Part shown: positions 63,531 to 64,000 of the stretch, piece by piece | Layout: each line of letters opens with the position of its first letter | Position numbering within the stretch: position 1 is the first letter of the stretch | NCBI GenBank assembly: GCA_963809485.1 | Contig: CAWEJX010000001.1 | Coordinates: 1-64,000, forward strand | Origin: an uncultured Acidobacteriota bacterium | GTDB taxonomy: Bacteria > Acidobacteriota > UBA6911 | Direction: 5' to 3' | DNA: 64,000 bases | Program-made: the position numbers and the translations under genes | The notes under the pieces: model-generated | Database searches by the model: none | Told to the model about the DNA's origin: nothing | Seen by the model: the letters and a program-made list of their open reading frames with translations, nothing else

Positions 63531-63795
63531 ACTGCCATTCCGCTCTAAGAGAACTATTGCCCAAAATCCAGTTGGCGGTATCAGAGAGGTTGTGGATTAA
63601 AAGCAGCCTGAAGCAAGGACTCAGAAGCTGGAAGCCAGGATTTTGCATGCTGCCATCCGATTTCGGCTCCTGCTTCCGGCTGCCTTTTTTCCCTATCGCC
63701 ACAATACAACTCCAATCCTGCAGGAGGCATCCGGGGTAAAGATCCGATCGTCAAAACATCTTGTGCTTTTCACCGTGCGCGATAGTATGAGAACC

Positions 63796-64000
63796 ATGAA
63801 TGACAGGCGACAATTCAAGACGGCATTCATACTGGGCGCCGGGCTCGGCATGCGGCTTCGCCCGCTTACGGAAAAGTGCCCGAAGCCCCTTTTGGACATC
63901 GGCGGGCGTCCCATCATTACGTACGCCATGGATCATCTTTTGTGCATCGGAGTCGAGCGCTTCATCGTGAATACGCATCACTGCGCCCGGGCCTATCTGG
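63796..64000 (+). CDS. NDP-sugar nucleotidyltransferase, 5' partial (not in ORF track)
   Basis: AFILGAGLGMRLRPLTEKCPKPLL.IGGRP, VNTHH; runs off the window end. Confidence 0.88.
   Translation, partial: MNDRRQFKTAFILGAGLGMRLRPLTEKCPKPLLDIGGRPIITYAMDHLLCIGVERFIVNTHHCARAYL

Overview
The window looks like two unrelated DNAs joined near 11.1 kb. Segment 1 (1 to ~11,100) is Rhizobiales/Xanthobacteraceae-like accessory DNA. It holds a frameshifted class I PHA synthase, a frameshifted diheme cytochrome c, an FAD monooxygenase, a PolB-type 3'-5' exonuclease, a HEPN-CBS fusion, several small proteins and six clusters of a 28-30 bp palindromic REP-like repeat. One REP unit is split by a 345-bp IS1111/IS110-family mini-element with no transposase. 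It still carries an apparently complete bridge/seek RNA, whose four guide segments match its own target and donor junctions; this is the most striking item. Segment 2 (~11,100 to 64,000) is Acidobacteria-like core genome: coaD, rsmD, recG, ribA, the full str-S10-spc-alpha ribosomal cluster, ssb, PBP1A, argS, hcp with a Crp/Fnr regulator, thrC, DAHP synthase and aceE. It also contains an unannotated secreted thioredoxin-like selenoprotein (W-UGA-P-H-C with a SECIS-like hairpin), an IS200/IS605-type non-autonomous element and many inverted heptamer-repeat arrays just downstream of stop codons. No tRNA, rRNA or CRISPR array was seen. All family assignments come from reading motifs by eye, not from database searches.
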